The notes under the pieces are model-generated. The model did not search any database, was not told where the DNA came from, and was given only the letters and a program-made list of their open reading frames with translations. A program made the position numbers and the translations under genes. DNA of 64,000 nucleotides, taken from assembly GCA_002500605.1 (NCBI GenBank), contig DLRR01000002.1, forward strand, positions 3,313 through 67,312, given 5' to 3'. Origin of the DNA: Nitrospinaceae bacterium UBA7883 (GTDB lineage: Bacteria; Nitrospinota_A; UBA7883). How positions within the stretch are numbered: the stretch's first letter is position 1; each line of letters starts with the position of its first letter. Shown one piece after another: positions 40,264-50,137 of the stretch.

Positions 40264-41130
40264 ATGATCAAGCTTTTATTGGTATTGTCGATTTTTTTTT
40301 CGTACGTTCTCATGGTTGCTGGCAATGTAGTCACCACAACTGGATCTGGGCTTGACTGTCCTGATTGGCCACTTTGTTATGGCTCCGTTACACCTCCTTT
40401 AAAACTTGGAATCTGGCTAGAGTGGGGACATAGGTTGCTAGGTGGTGCAACTGGAATTCTTATACTATTTTCCACAATTCTTGCTTGGGTAAAATCAGAT
40501 TCTAAACGGGTAAAGCTGTTTACATTCACTGCGCTTTGCCTACTTGGTATTGGAGCAGCTTTTGGGGGAATTATCGTTTTAATTGAAGCACCACTTTTAG
40601 AAGGACCATTACACTTAGCGGTTATTTCTTTTCATATAATTTTAGCCACTTTAATTTTTTCTATACTAATTTTAGCTCTCAGGAGTTTATCAAGTACCAC
40701 AAGTAGAAACATGCCTACTTTCTACTTTCACTTACTAGGGCTTATTTCTCTACAGATTGTCTTGGGCATATTTGTAAAGTACACTGAATCTTCTTTGGCA
40801 TGCGGCACTGACTTCCCGCTTTGCCAAGGGTTGCTACTCCCAAACATGGACAGCCTTGAGATAACTCTACATTTTTTCCACCGCGTTATAGCCTTAGCCA
40901 TCTTGCTTTATATTACTCTTCATCTAGTGCGCTCAATAACCACTGGCAAAGACTTAGGAAATGCATGGACCATTTTTACCTTAGTAATTTTTCAAGGAAC
41001 AGTAGGTGCTTTCGTAGTTTGGAGTAACATGTATTTACCCTATGTCGTTTTGCATGGAGCAACCGGATTTTTCATTCTAGGGTGGACTGTGTATAAGTCT
41101 TCCCCTTTTATTCTTAAATTAACGGCGTAA
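40264..41130 (+). CDS. ctaA: Heme A synthase (COX15/CtaA)
   Basis: GLDCPDWPLCYG, EWGHR, second repeat ACGTDFPLC...HFFHR, 8 TM. Confidence 0.92.
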   Translation: MIKLLLVLSIFFSYVLMVAGNVVTTTGSGLDCPDWPLCYGSVTPPLKLGIWLEWGHRLLGGATGILILFSTILAWVKSDSKRVKLFTFTALCLLGIGAAFGGIIVLIEAPLLEGPLHLAVISFHIILATLIFSILILALRSLSSTTSRNMPTFYFHLLGLISLQIVLGIFVKYTESSLACGTDFPLCQGLLLPNMDSLEITLHFFHRVIALAILLYITLHLVRSITTGKDLGNAWTIFTLVIFQGTVGAFVVWSNMYLPYVVLHGATGFFILGWTVYKSSPFILKLTA

Positions 41131-41180
41131 TACAGAAAACCAAATTTTCCCAAGAGAAGGAAAATGGAAAGGAAAAAACT

Positions 41181-42038
41181 TTGAACCCAAGGTTTTTATT
41201 TGCTCTCCTAACGGTAACCAAACCAACCGTAACAGCTTTGGTCCTTGTAGCCGCGGTTAGCGGGATGTACATAGCCAATGGAGCACTTTCGCATTTTAAT
41301 CTTATATTTTGTGCCCTGATATCTATTGGTACAGCATCCGCCGGAGCAGCCGCACTTAATAACTACATTGACCGCGATATTGACCTCATTATGGCCAGAA
41401 CCGCTGGTAGGGTTCTCCCTTCTAAGATGTTAGAGCCTATCACGGTTTTTTGGTATGGTATGGCTCTTTGTTTCATATCTTTGTCAGTGGCTTTATTGTT
41501 TATAAACGCATTAACGGCCATGCTAACAGCGCTAACAATTTTTATATATGTAGTTCTATATACAATGCTAACAAAAAGAAAAACACCTATTGCTACTTTC
41601 ATTGGCGGGGTAGGAGGAGCATTGCCACCAGTTTTAGGCTACACAGCAATAGCAAACAGAATCGACGAGCAATCCATTACTCTCTTCCTCATCATTTATA
41701 CATGGCAACATCCCCATTTTTGGTCAGTGGCGTTAAAGTATATAGAGGAGTATCGTACTGCCGAAGTATTAAACCTACCTGTCGTTTGCGGAGTTGCAAA
41801 GACTAAGAACCAAATAACCATTTGGTCGATCCTTATGGCAGTAACTGCCATTTTACCTTATGCCTTAGGAATGGCAGGCTTTTATTACATTATTTGCGCT
41901 ATAATATTGGCCACTATACATATAGGTATGGCTGTTCGGTTTCAAGTTTCGGGTTTGTCAGTGGACATGCGATTATTTTACTTTTCCATAATCCACCTGC
42001 CAGTTTTGTACGGCATAATGATTCTCGATAAGCTATAG
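41181..42038 (+). CDS. ctaB: Protoheme IX farnesyltransferase (heme O synthase)
   Basis: TKP, NNYIDRDID..MART, GALPP, WQHPHFW. Confidence 0.94.
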   Translation: MNPRFLFALLTVTKPTVTALVLVAAVSGMYIANGALSHFNLIFCALISIGTASAGAAALNNYIDRDIDLIMARTAGRVLPSKMLEPITVFWYGMALCFISLSVALLFINALTAMLTALTIFIYVVLYTMLTKRKTPIATFIGGVGGALPPVLGYTAIANRIDEQSITLFLIIYTWQHPHFWSVALKYIEEYRTAEVLNLPVVCGVAKTKNQITIWSILMAVTAILPYALGMAGFYYIICAIILATIHIGMAVRFQVSGLSVDMRLFYFSIIHLPVLYGIMILDKL

Positions 42039-42073
42039 ATTGTTGTTATGAAGTTTGGATAAAAGTGTTGCAG

Positions 42074-42205
42074 ATGACAAAAAAAAAGGGCTTCATGGTT
42101 AGCCAAAAGATTTTAGTTATTTTTTTAATTTTGGTTGTTGTTTCAATTTTCTCAAGTCTTCTTGTAAAGGGGGTTTTCTTTGGTGGGCTTGGCGCAAAAA
42201 TGTAA
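42074..42205 (+). CDS. Putative 43-aa single-pass membrane microprotein at end of cox operon
   Basis: MTKKKGFMVSQKILVIFLILVVVSIFSSLLVKGVFFGGLGAKM*; basic N-terminus plus hydrophobic helix; 35 nt after ctaB on the same strand; weak RBS. Confidence 0.5.
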   Translation: MTKKKGFMVSQKILVIFLILVVVSIFSSLLVKGVFFGGLGAKM

Positions 42206-42306
42206 CATAACAGTTCAATTCATTTTGCTGAAACTCAATAATTTTTGAAGTGATTAAAACTGATCAAACCAACTCCAGTTTACATCCCGGTTGCCCGCAC
42301 TAGGGA

Positions 42307-43392
42307 CTAACTTGATTGGCTAATGATTGAACGAAGCGAATCTTTAAAAATCTTTGATGTTTTTTCGATAGTGAAATCATTAGCCCGGCGATTTTGAGAG
42401 TCGATAACAGATTGTCTTAACTTTTTATCTGTCATCAATATTCCTAGTAACTCAGATATTTCATGGTGGTTCACCCTTCCCAACAGTATCCCTGCATAAT
42501 CCAAAGTCTCGCGTACGGCTCCTTCGGCTAATGCCACCACAGGTATCTCATGCCGCATGGCTTCGATTAAAGGAATACAAAACCCTTCATGGCGGCTTAA
42601 GCAAAGGAATATATCAGCCAAGTTAAAGTATTCGACAAGTTCTTCATCGTTTACAAACCCTGTAAAAACAACATCTGGCACCTCGAGCCGTTCAACAAGA
42701 TCTGTTAGTGATTCAAAGTACAGACCTGAGTAATCTCCTCCACCCAAAAGAATGAGACGTGAATTGTCATCCACATATTTCTTATAGAAATGGAATACTT
42801 TTATCAGGTCATCATGGCCCTTGTGCGGAACTATTCTTCCTAAGAAAATAATATTTGTTTTGCCATCATTTAGGCCAGAACATGTTTCTTGCTTACCTTC
42901 TACAAGCTTTTTATTATCAAAGTTCAGCACAGGGGGAACAACAGATACTGAGCTAAACCCCATATTATTTAGCTCATTCGCATTGAATTGCGAGACACCC
43001 CAAGCACCTTTAACTGCCTTGGCAAAAGGCTTTAACTGTTCCTTTCCCCACACACAATGTTTGGTGGCCTCACCATCGTATTCCGCAAAGTATTTGGCAG
43101 GAGTAACATTGTGGTACATCAAAATAATCCTATTGCAGTTCTCCAAGATAAAGTGATTCACCTGAGAACCAGTTGAGTAGTGATAGATAACCCACGGGTT
43201 GTCCAGATTTGAAAACTCAGCATAGTGTATTGCATCAAGCCGTGAGTCTGTTGTTTCGGCAAATATCTTTGACTCATAACCCCATGAATGTAGAAGTTGT
43301 CGTATCTGTGTAGCACAATTGCCTATGCCATCACCATACGCATAGTTGGGTAGCATTTGATGAATTAGAGTCAAAACACTAGCTCCGTGCAA
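42307..43392 (-). CDS. Glycosyltransferase family 4
   Basis: GDGIGN, YHNVTP, FLGRIVPHKG, SRHEGFCIPLIEAM. Confidence 0.9.
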   Translation of the reverse strand: MHGASVLTLIHQMLPNYAYGDGIGNCATQIRQLLHSWGYESKIFAETTDSRLDAIHYAEFSNLDNPWVIYHYSTGSQVNHFILENCNRIILMYHNVTPAKYFAEYDGEATKHCVWGKEQLKPFAKAVKGAWGVSQFNANELNNMGFSSVSVVPPVLNFDNKKLVEGKQETCSGLNDGKTNIIFLGRIVPHKGHDDLIKVFHFYKKYVDDNSRLILLGGGDYSGLYFESLTDLVERLEVPDVVFTGFVNDEELVEYFNLADIFLCLSRHEGFCIPLIEAMRHEIPVVALAEGAVRETLDYAGILLGRVNHHEISELLGILMTDKKLRQSVIDSQNRRANDFTIEKTSKIFKDSLRSIISQSS

Positions 43393-44573
43393 GATTTCAA
43401 TAGATTCCCAAATCGATCACATATCACATCCCAGCCAAAATTAGCTTTGACGTACTCCTCACCTTTTTGCCCCATCAAGGTGGCAAGTTCAGGATTATTT
43501 ACTAACAAGTTCACTGCTTCATAAAATTCTGGAAAGTTGTCAAATGTCAGTCCACCTCCAGAGTCATGAACATGCTCCCGGGTCGGCTCGCAGGCATTGT
43601 GTACTAACACTGGTCTACCACAAAGCCAAGACTCCATAATTACTAACGAAAAACTTTCCATTAGTGATGGCTGACAAAGCAAAGTGGATGCAGCTATGGC
43701 ATCACGTTTTTCCTCAAGAGATACAAACCCTAGGTCATCAATGTAGCCAATTTCATCCTTGGGAATTTCTATGTCTTGAGGACCAATAAGTATCAAACGT
43801 AGGGATGATGATGGGTTAATTTTCCTGTAACGTCTGAAATATTCAATAAGGGTGGGCGTGTTCTTTCCGGGATCACGTCTTCCCACATATAGAATAAACG
43901 GTGTATCGTTTAACCTCATTTTAGCTCTAAACCGCTGACCATCTGCTCCTAGCACAGGGTCAACTCCTTCTGCCATTAATATCGACTCAGTTGTGGGAAG
44001 GCCTCTGTAAATTGTTTTCGCCAATCGCATCTCAGCGCGGGAGTTGAAGAGTACACCATTTACTCTTTGAAACATTTTCCTCGTGACAGTCATTTTGGCG
44101 TACCCCTCATCATGCAAGCAAGGAACAAGAAAAGATTTTTCCGGAGCAATCTTGCTGCCGTTTAACGATGTACCAAAAAGATATGGAATAAAAAAATACA
44201 CATAATCGTTTTTATGTTCAGCCATAAACTGGTACATTGCATCGGAGTTTACTGCGTTGTGGGAATAGTCTTCTTCTTCTTCTAAAGAGAGTTCCTCTCC
44301 ATTGATTATTCTTTCATTTACTGGCACAAAGATGTCTGTATCGGTTTTACGGGGAACAAACCTGCGGACTACAACGTTATTTTCAATATATTCACCTGGG
44401 TCATGATAAGGATGGTTCCAGTTAGTAGAAAGATCTTTTAATGTGGTAGTTAGCACCTCAACCTCAAAGCCACGCGAAACCAAGTTCTCAGCTAACCTAC
44501 GGCATTGGGTCTCCGCCCCACCACCAATCTGTGATCCATAGAAGGGTATTACAAAGGCTACTTTCATAGTCAA
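43371..44573 (-). CDS. Glycosyltransferase family 4
   Basis: GGAE, PCLHDE, YVGR...KN, PSLMESFSLVIMESW. Confidence 0.9.
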   Translation of the reverse strand: MTMKVAFVIPFYGSQIGGGAETQCRRLAENLVSRGFEVEVLTTTLKDLSTNWNHPYHDPGEYIENNVVVRRFVPRKTDTDIFVPVNERIINGEELSLEEEEDYSHNAVNSDAMYQFMAEHKNDYVYFFIPYLFGTSLNGSKIAPEKSFLVPCLHDEGYAKMTVTRKMFQRVNGVLFNSRAEMRLAKTIYRGLPTTESILMAEGVDPVLGADGQRFRAKMRLNDTPFILYVGRRDPGKNTPTLIEYFRRYRKINPSSSLRLILIGPQDIEIPKDEIGYIDDLGFVSLEEKRDAIAASTLLCQPSLMESFSLVIMESWLCGRPVLVHNACEPTREHVHDSGGGLTFDNFPEFYEAVNLLVNNPELATLMGQKGEEYVKANFGWDVICDRFGNLLKSCTELVF

Positions 44574-45859
44574 CCCTTTGTTTTTTTCATTATTTTCCGC
44601 TCACCGTTAACCTCCCAGTAATGCGGAGGCCTAAAAACACCTACATCTTTAATGTTGGATCGGATGGAGAACTCATACAATTGGTCATGATAGTCCCAAG
44701 GATGTCCATCCCTTGCATGGGTAGCAACAGAAATGGTATAGCTATCCTCTACCAAATCCAGTCTCTCAATATTCATGGTCACGCTACCATGTCCTTCAAT
44801 ATAATTAAGGTCTAACTTTTCAATATCGGTGTTGGTTCCGTAGCAAAAAGATCCATCCTGTTTATACACTGCTACTCCAAAAACCGGTTCCTCTACTCGT
44901 AAGTTAGCCACGTATTCCATTGTAATAGATATGGAGTCGCCAGTTTGAAACACTAGCCGCTCCTCGCCGGTTGATCCTTTCAATACTACGTTGGTTATCT
45001 CTACCTCCTTCGAACCCCATCGCTTAACCTGACCAGACTCAGCTTTACTATCCTTACCCGGTTTATTTTCAGAACGCTCTATGTTTATTTTTAACTTATT
45101 CTCCTCTTCTGCAACATCTAAAAAGTAAGAGTCTATGACCTTACGGGGCGACCCAACATCTTTAATTGAACCTGACTCCAGCCAAACCACTCTGTCGCAC
45201 AGTCGCTCTACATCGCTCATAGAGTGGGTCACAAAAACAATGGTCTTACCAGCCTTTTTAAAGGCATTAATACGGTCCTTGCACTTATGACTGAACGATT
45301 CATCGCCCACTGCCAAAACCTCGTCCACCAGTAAGATGTCAGGACTGGAATGGATAGCAACTGAAAAACCTAACCGCATAAACATGCCAGAGGAGTACGT
45401 CCTTACTGGGTTATCAATAAACTTCTCCAGTTCAGCAAAAGAGACAATTTCATCAAACTTCTCCAGAATTTGCTTTCTTGACATTCCTAAGATAGAAGCG
45501 TTTATAAAAACATTTTCGCGGCCTGAGAAATCAGGATGAAATCCTGCGCCAAGCTCTATTAGAGCCGACACTCGTCCTACTACATCCATGCTACCTTTGT
45601 CCGGCTTGTAGATCCCAGCCATTATTTTGAGCAGAGTAGATTTTCCAGAGCCATTGCGACCAATAATACCAAGCATTTCACCTTCTGGAATAACAAAACT
45701 TATATTGGTGAGAGCATTAAACCGATTATCTCCATCGTCAGAAGATTTATTCCTACTGCTCAACAGTCCTAGCAAGGAACTCTTTATAGTGGTGTAGTTA
45801 CTTTTCAAAGTAACTCTTCGAAAACTTTTGTTAATGCGATTTAACGTAATTGCGTTCAT
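44570..45859 (-). CDS. wzt: Polysaccharide ABC exporter ATP-binding protein with C-terminal carbohydrate-binding (Wzt_C) domain
   Basis: GRNGSGKST, YSSGMFMRLGF, DEVLAVGD, C-terminal RWGS..VEI..V Ig-like domain. Confidence 0.9.
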   Translation of the reverse strand: MNAITLNRINKSFRRVTLKSNYTTIKSSLLGLLSSRNKSSDDGDNRFNALTNISFVIPEGEMLGIIGRNGSGKSTLLKIMAGIYKPDKGSMDVVGRVSALIELGAGFHPDFSGRENVFINASILGMSRKQILEKFDEIVSFAELEKFIDNPVRTYSSGMFMRLGFSVAIHSSPDILLVDEVLAVGDESFSHKCKDRINAFKKAGKTIVFVTHSMSDVERLCDRVVWLESGSIKDVGSPRKVIDSYFLDVAEEENKLKINIERSENKPGKDSKAESGQVKRWGSKEVEITNVVLKGSTGEERLVFQTGDSISITMEYVANLRVEEPVFGVAVYKQDGSFCYGTNTDIEKLDLNYIEGHGSVTMNIERLDLVEDSYTISVATHARDGHPWDYHDQLYEFSIRSNIKDVGVFRPPHYWEVNGERKIMKKTKG

Positions 45860-45991
45860 GATTCAAATGCAACCAACCATTTTAACTGCTAATAAAATCT
45901 AGATTGTACCTGGTTACAACCAGGTTGCAATAACGCAAGCCTTATGCAAACCATATTAAATTTTAACTAGCTAGTTGAAGGAATAGCCTTT

Positions 45992-47176
45992 TCAACTCCT
46001 CTTATTCTCTATTACTGCCATAGTGGCACGATGAATTACACCAAAAGATTCCCCTTGACTCTCTGACAGTTTCTTTACCGAGTCGAACTCTGGCATGGAT
46101 CGAGTAGTCCCGTTTGGCAAAACTGCAGTTTTGATCTTAACTAATCCATATTTTGTTTTTACACTATCGCTCATTCTAGGCAAATAAACACGCGAGACTT
46201 CTCTGCGTCGTAAACCAATAGTAGTTGTGTTTTCAAGGAGTAAAGATTCGAGTACTGATCTATGGGTGACGTTACATAAAACTGTAACTATAAAACCTGG
46301 CCTCCCCTTTTTCATTTGTGTTGGTGTAACGGTAACATCCAACGCCCCAGATGTCAGAAGCTTTTCAGTTATAACTGGAAACACTTGTGGACTCATATCA
46401 TCAATATTAGTAACAAGCTCTATAAGCCTCTCTTCAAAATGTGATTTTGTCTTCGGCATATCACCAATGAAGACTCGCATAATGTTGGCCTGGTTTTCAA
46501 AATCGTACCCACCAGATCCATTTCCAATTGTTCGGTAGTTCATTAAAGGGCGCTCACCAAAACCTTCGCAGAAGGACTTTAATATTAGAGCACCAGTTGG
46601 GGTAGTCAATTCCTTCTTTGGTCCGTAAGCATAGTTTGGAATTCCTTTCAACAACTCTGCTGTTACTGGTGTTGGTACAGGCAAAACACCGTGGGAAGTT
46701 TTGACAACACCCGACCCAGTGTTAACCTCTGAGGAGAATGCGCGCTCAATCCCAAGTGCCGTAAACCCCACTACTGTTCCCACAATGTCTATTATTGAGT
46801 CCACTGCCCCCACTTCGTGAAAATGCACTTTTTCCAGTGGAATAGAATGTGTTTTTGATTCAGCTTCGCCAAGAATTGTAAACATTTCAATGGATTTTTC
46901 TCGGATACTCTTTTCTAGCCCACTGTTATTAATAATTTCCACAATATCAATTAAGTTTCGCTGTGGTTGCGTCACTGTTTTCGTAAGTGTAACAGTTACC
47001 TTTGCAGCACTAATCCCAGCTTTAACTGCCTGCTTTGAAGTGATTTTGTAGCCAGTAAGTCCAAGTTTCTTGATCTCTGACTTTAGCAATCGCAAAGGAA
47101 GGCCAGCGTCCACCATAGCCCCTAAGGTCATATCACCGCTTATGCCCATGAAACAATCAAAATATATGGTTTTCAT
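45992..47176 (-). CDS. larC: Nickel-pincer cofactor nickel insertase LarC
   Basis: YFDCFMGISGDM.LGA, VHFHEVGAVDSIIDIVG, ELTTPTGA, TNIDD, MKKGRPG, PEFD. Confidence 0.93.
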   Translation of the reverse strand: MKTIYFDCFMGISGDMTLGAMVDAGLPLRLLKSEIKKLGLTGYKITSKQAVKAGISAAKVTVTLTKTVTQPQRNLIDIVEIINNSGLEKSIREKSIEMFTILGEAESKTHSIPLEKVHFHEVGAVDSIIDIVGTVVGFTALGIERAFSSEVNTGSGVVKTSHGVLPVPTPVTAELLKGIPNYAYGPKKELTTPTGALILKSFCEGFGERPLMNYRTIGNGSGGYDFENQANIMRVFIGDMPKTKSHFEERLIELVTNIDDMSPQVFPVITEKLLTSGALDVTVTPTQMKKGRPGFIVTVLCNVTHRSVLESLLLENTTTIGLRRREVSRVYLPRMSDSVKTKYGLVKIKTAVLPNGTTRSMPEFDSVKKLSESQGESFGVIHRATMAVIENKRS

Positions 47177-47220
47177 TTGTCATGTCCAGTTGCATTTATT
47201 GCAGTGGAAAATTATTTGTT

Positions 47221-47991
47221 TTACTCACGTTTCTTTTTGAGGTTTTCTGGCAAAGCATTGATTTTATGTGCCAATGCTCCTGCTCCAAAACCGTTATCTA
47301 TATTCATCACCGCTACTCCAGTAGCACATGAATTGAGCATTGATAGCAGGGCAGCAACCCCACCGAAGGCTGCACCGTATCCGATAGAAGTTGGCACAGC
47401 CACAACAGGTCGATCAACCAACCCACCGACCACAGATGCCAACGCCCCATCCATGCCTGCAACAACCACAATCACACGGGCTTCTTTAAAAGAGTCAATA
47501 TGATGAAATAATCGATGAATACCTGCCACCCCAACATCGTAAAGACTATTCACTTCAGAACCCATAATTGAAGCAGTTACAGCGGCTTCTTCGGCTACTG
47601 GAATATCAGATGTTCCAGCAGAAACTATTAACACCGAACCGATTTTCTCATTTCTGCTTGAATCGATAGTAATGGTTCTACTACGCTCATGAAACTTTGC
47701 TTTCTCTGAAAGTTTACTAATTCTGCCAAAAACCTCTCTTGTTGCCCTAGTAGCCAACACAGGGGTACCATAATCTATTAACCGTTTAATAATGGCTTCT
47801 ACATCTTGATCACTCTTTCCCTCGCAATAAACTACTTCAGGGAATCCTTGGCGTATTGAGCGGTGGTGATCTAAATGCGCAAATCCCAAGTCTTCGGTCG
47901 GAAAAAATTTAAGCCTTTCAATTGCTTCTTCCGGATTTATTTTCTTCTCGAATAACATCCGGACAATTTCTTCTATCTTATCCGTTGGCAA
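47221..47991 (-). CDS. larB: Nickel-pincer cofactor biosynthesis protein LarB (NaAD carboxylase/hydrolase)
   Basis: DHHRS.RQGFPEVV, AGTSD.PVAEEA, DVGVAGIHRL, AGMDGAL.S, PTSIGYG, NIDNGFGA. Confidence 0.94.
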   Translation of the reverse strand: MPTDKIEEIVRMLFEKKINPEEAIERLKFFPTEDLGFAHLDHHRSIRQGFPEVVYCEGKSDQDVEAIIKRLIDYGTPVLATRATREVFGRISKLSEKAKFHERSRTITIDSSRNEKIGSVLIVSAGTSDIPVAEEAAVTASIMGSEVNSLYDVGVAGIHRLFHHIDSFKEARVIVVVAGMDGALASVVGGLVDRPVVAVPTSIGYGAAFGGVAALLSMLNSCATGVAVMNIDNGFGAGALAHKINALPENLKKKRE

Positions 47992-48019
47992 TATCCAATC
48001 TCCATAACATGAACCATTG

Positions 48020-49039
48020 TTACCTTTTATAGTTTAGGCTAAATTCTTCTTTTAGTGTTCTACCCATAAGGTCGATCACTGCTTGTTTAGGAGGCTTGTT
48101 TTCATACAAAGTTTTATAAACCTCCAATGTGATTGGCATTTTAACTGCGTGGCGTTTGGCTAAATTATGTAAAGAAAGAGATGTTGTCACACCTTCAGCC
48201 ACAGCTTTCATCGAATCTAGGATATTGCTGAGTTTCTCTCCTTCCCCAAGACGTAATCCTACAGTTCTATTTCGAGAAAGGTTACTCCCGCATGTTAGAA
48301 AGAGGTCTCCCATCCCGGATAAACCTGTAAACGTCCGTTCAAGAGCACCCATTGCTACACCAAGTCTAGTCATTTCCATAAGTCCTCGCGTCATTAGTGC
48401 AGCCCTAGTATTGTGGGCAAATCCCATTCCATCGCTAATTCCAGCAGCTATGGCAATAACGTTTTTAACGGCTCCTCCAATCTCTACCCCTATCAAATCA
48501 TGGTGAGTGTATAGCCTAAAGAATGGCTTTGACATAATCTTTTGTACTTTCCTAGCTGACTCAGGGAGTCGCGAAGCTACTGTTGCGGCAGAAGGAGCTT
48601 TTCCCACAAGTTCACTTGCAAAGGTAGGCCCAGAAAGCACACAGCATTTTTTTGCAACTTCCTCTGGAAATGTTTCGTCAATGATATCTGACGCCAAAGA
48701 TAGGGTTTTATTTTCGATCCCTTTGGTAGCTGAAACTAAAATTGTTTCCGGTTCAACCAAACCAGAGAGCTTTTGTATTGTGGCACGCATGTACTGTGCA
48801 GGAACAGCTATTATCATTATCTTAGCATTTCGAGCACATTGGGCCATATCCGAGACAGCACGGATATTTTTTGATAGTGGTACGCCTGGCAAGTACACAG
48901 TATTTTCATGACCATTGTTCACTCCGCCTATAACCTCATCCTCCAGAGCCCAAATCACCACATCATCACCTTGCGAAGCCATGGAGCAAGCAAGGGCTGT
49001 GCCCCATGCTCCAGCTCCAATTACAGATAGCTCACTCAC
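48020..49039 (-). CDS. gpsA: NAD(P)H-dependent glycerol-3-phosphate dehydrogenase
   Basis: GAGAWGTALA, TKGIE, SGPTFA, GAVKNVIAIAAG, GDLFLTC, SRN, AEG; likely GTG start at 49039. Confidence 0.96.
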   Translation of the reverse strand: MSELSVIGAGAWGTALACSMASQGDDVVIWALEDEVIGGVNNGHENTVYLPGVPLSKNIRAVSDMAQCARNAKIMIIAVPAQYMRATIQKLSGLVEPETILVSATKGIENKTLSLASDIIDETFPEEVAKKCCVLSGPTFASELVGKAPSAATVASRLPESARKVQKIMSKPFFRLYTHHDLIGVEIGGAVKNVIAIAAGISDGMGFAHNTRAALMTRGLMEMTRLGVAMGALERTFTGLSGMGDLFLTCGSNLSRNRTVGLRLGEGEKLSNILDSMKAVAEGVTTSLSLHNLAKRHAVKMPITLEVYKTLYENKPPKQAVIDLMGRTLKEEFSLNYKR

Positions 49040-49141
49040 TACAATTATTATCTCCTGCACCAGTTAGGATTTAATGTAACATTATACGTTGCATCGAGCC
49101 ATGTTGTTATATGATAAAATCCAAAAGCTTGGGGTGAAAAA

Positions 49142-50137
49142 ATGGACAGAGTTGGAATAACGACAACAATACCAGCAGAGATTATATTCGCTGCAAACAA
49201 AACAGTGGTGGATTTAAACAATTTATTTATAACCGGTTTAGGGTCCTCCGGATATATTGAAGAAGCAGAGGTGGATGGGTTTCCTCGCACGACATGCGGC
49301 TGGATAAAGGGGATGTACTCTGCCTGTTTAGACCACGGAATACAAACTGTGGTAGCTGTGACTCAAGGCGATTGCTCCAATACCCACTCGCTGATGGAAA
49401 TTTTAAAGAGCAAGGGTGTGGAAACTGCACCTTTCGATTACCCGCTTAGTCGCGACATAAAAATGATGAAAGCCTCCTTGCTGCGCCTTGCCAACTTTTT
49501 TGAAATCAATATAGATAAAGCAGAACACTGGAGAGAAAAACTAAACATAGCGAGAGAAAAGTTATGGCGTATCGACAAAATGACTTGGAAAGATGGCGTT
49601 GTAAGTGGATTTGAGAACCACCTTTTACAAGTCTCAGCATCTGATTTTGAGTCTGACCCAGACGCTTTCGAAAAGAAACTAGATTCCTTTATCGAGGAGG
49701 CATCGCTTAGAAAGCCTATCCATTTTCCAGTTAGACTCGGCATGATCGGCGTTCCGACCATCATAGAAGGGCTGTATGAGTTCGCTGAGCAGCATCAAGC
49801 AAGATTTTTGTTCAATGAAACACAAAGGCAGTTCACTATGCCTAATGGAGGCAGCAATCTTGCTGAACAGTATTTAAGGTATACATACCCTTACGACATC
49901 TGCCCAAGAATTACAGATATTAATGAGCAAGTTAAACTGCGGCAATTGGATGGTATTGTTCATTACGTCCAATCATTTTGTCATATGCAGATGGAAGATC
50001 TACTATTTAGAGAACGCCTGGACATGCCAATCCTTACCATAGAGGGAGATACTCCTGGACCAATCGATGCCAGAACAAAAATCAGAATGGAGAGTTTTAT
50101 TCAAATGATTCAACAGCAAAAAGCAGCCTTGGTATGA
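49142..50137 (+). CDS. 2-hydroxyacyl-CoA dehydratase (HgdAB-D) family protein, single short subunit
   Basis: TTTIP.E, GFP..TCGWIKG, QGDCSN, HYVQSFC, EGD, TKIRMESF. Confidence 0.85.
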   Translation: MDRVGITTTIPAEIIFAANKTVVDLNNLFITGLGSSGYIEEAEVDGFPRTTCGWIKGMYSACLDHGIQTVVAVTQGDCSNTHSLMEILKSKGVETAPFDYPLSRDIKMMKASLLRLANFFEINIDKAEHWREKLNIAREKLWRIDKMTWKDGVVSGFENHLLQVSASDFESDPDAFEKKLDSFIEEASLRKPIHFPVRLGMIGVPTIIEGLYEFAEQHQARFLFNETQRQFTMPNGGSNLAEQYLRYTYPYDICPRITDINEQVKLRQLDGIVHYVQSFCHMQMEDLLFRERLDMPILTIEGDTPGPIDARTKIRMESFIQMIQQQKAALV

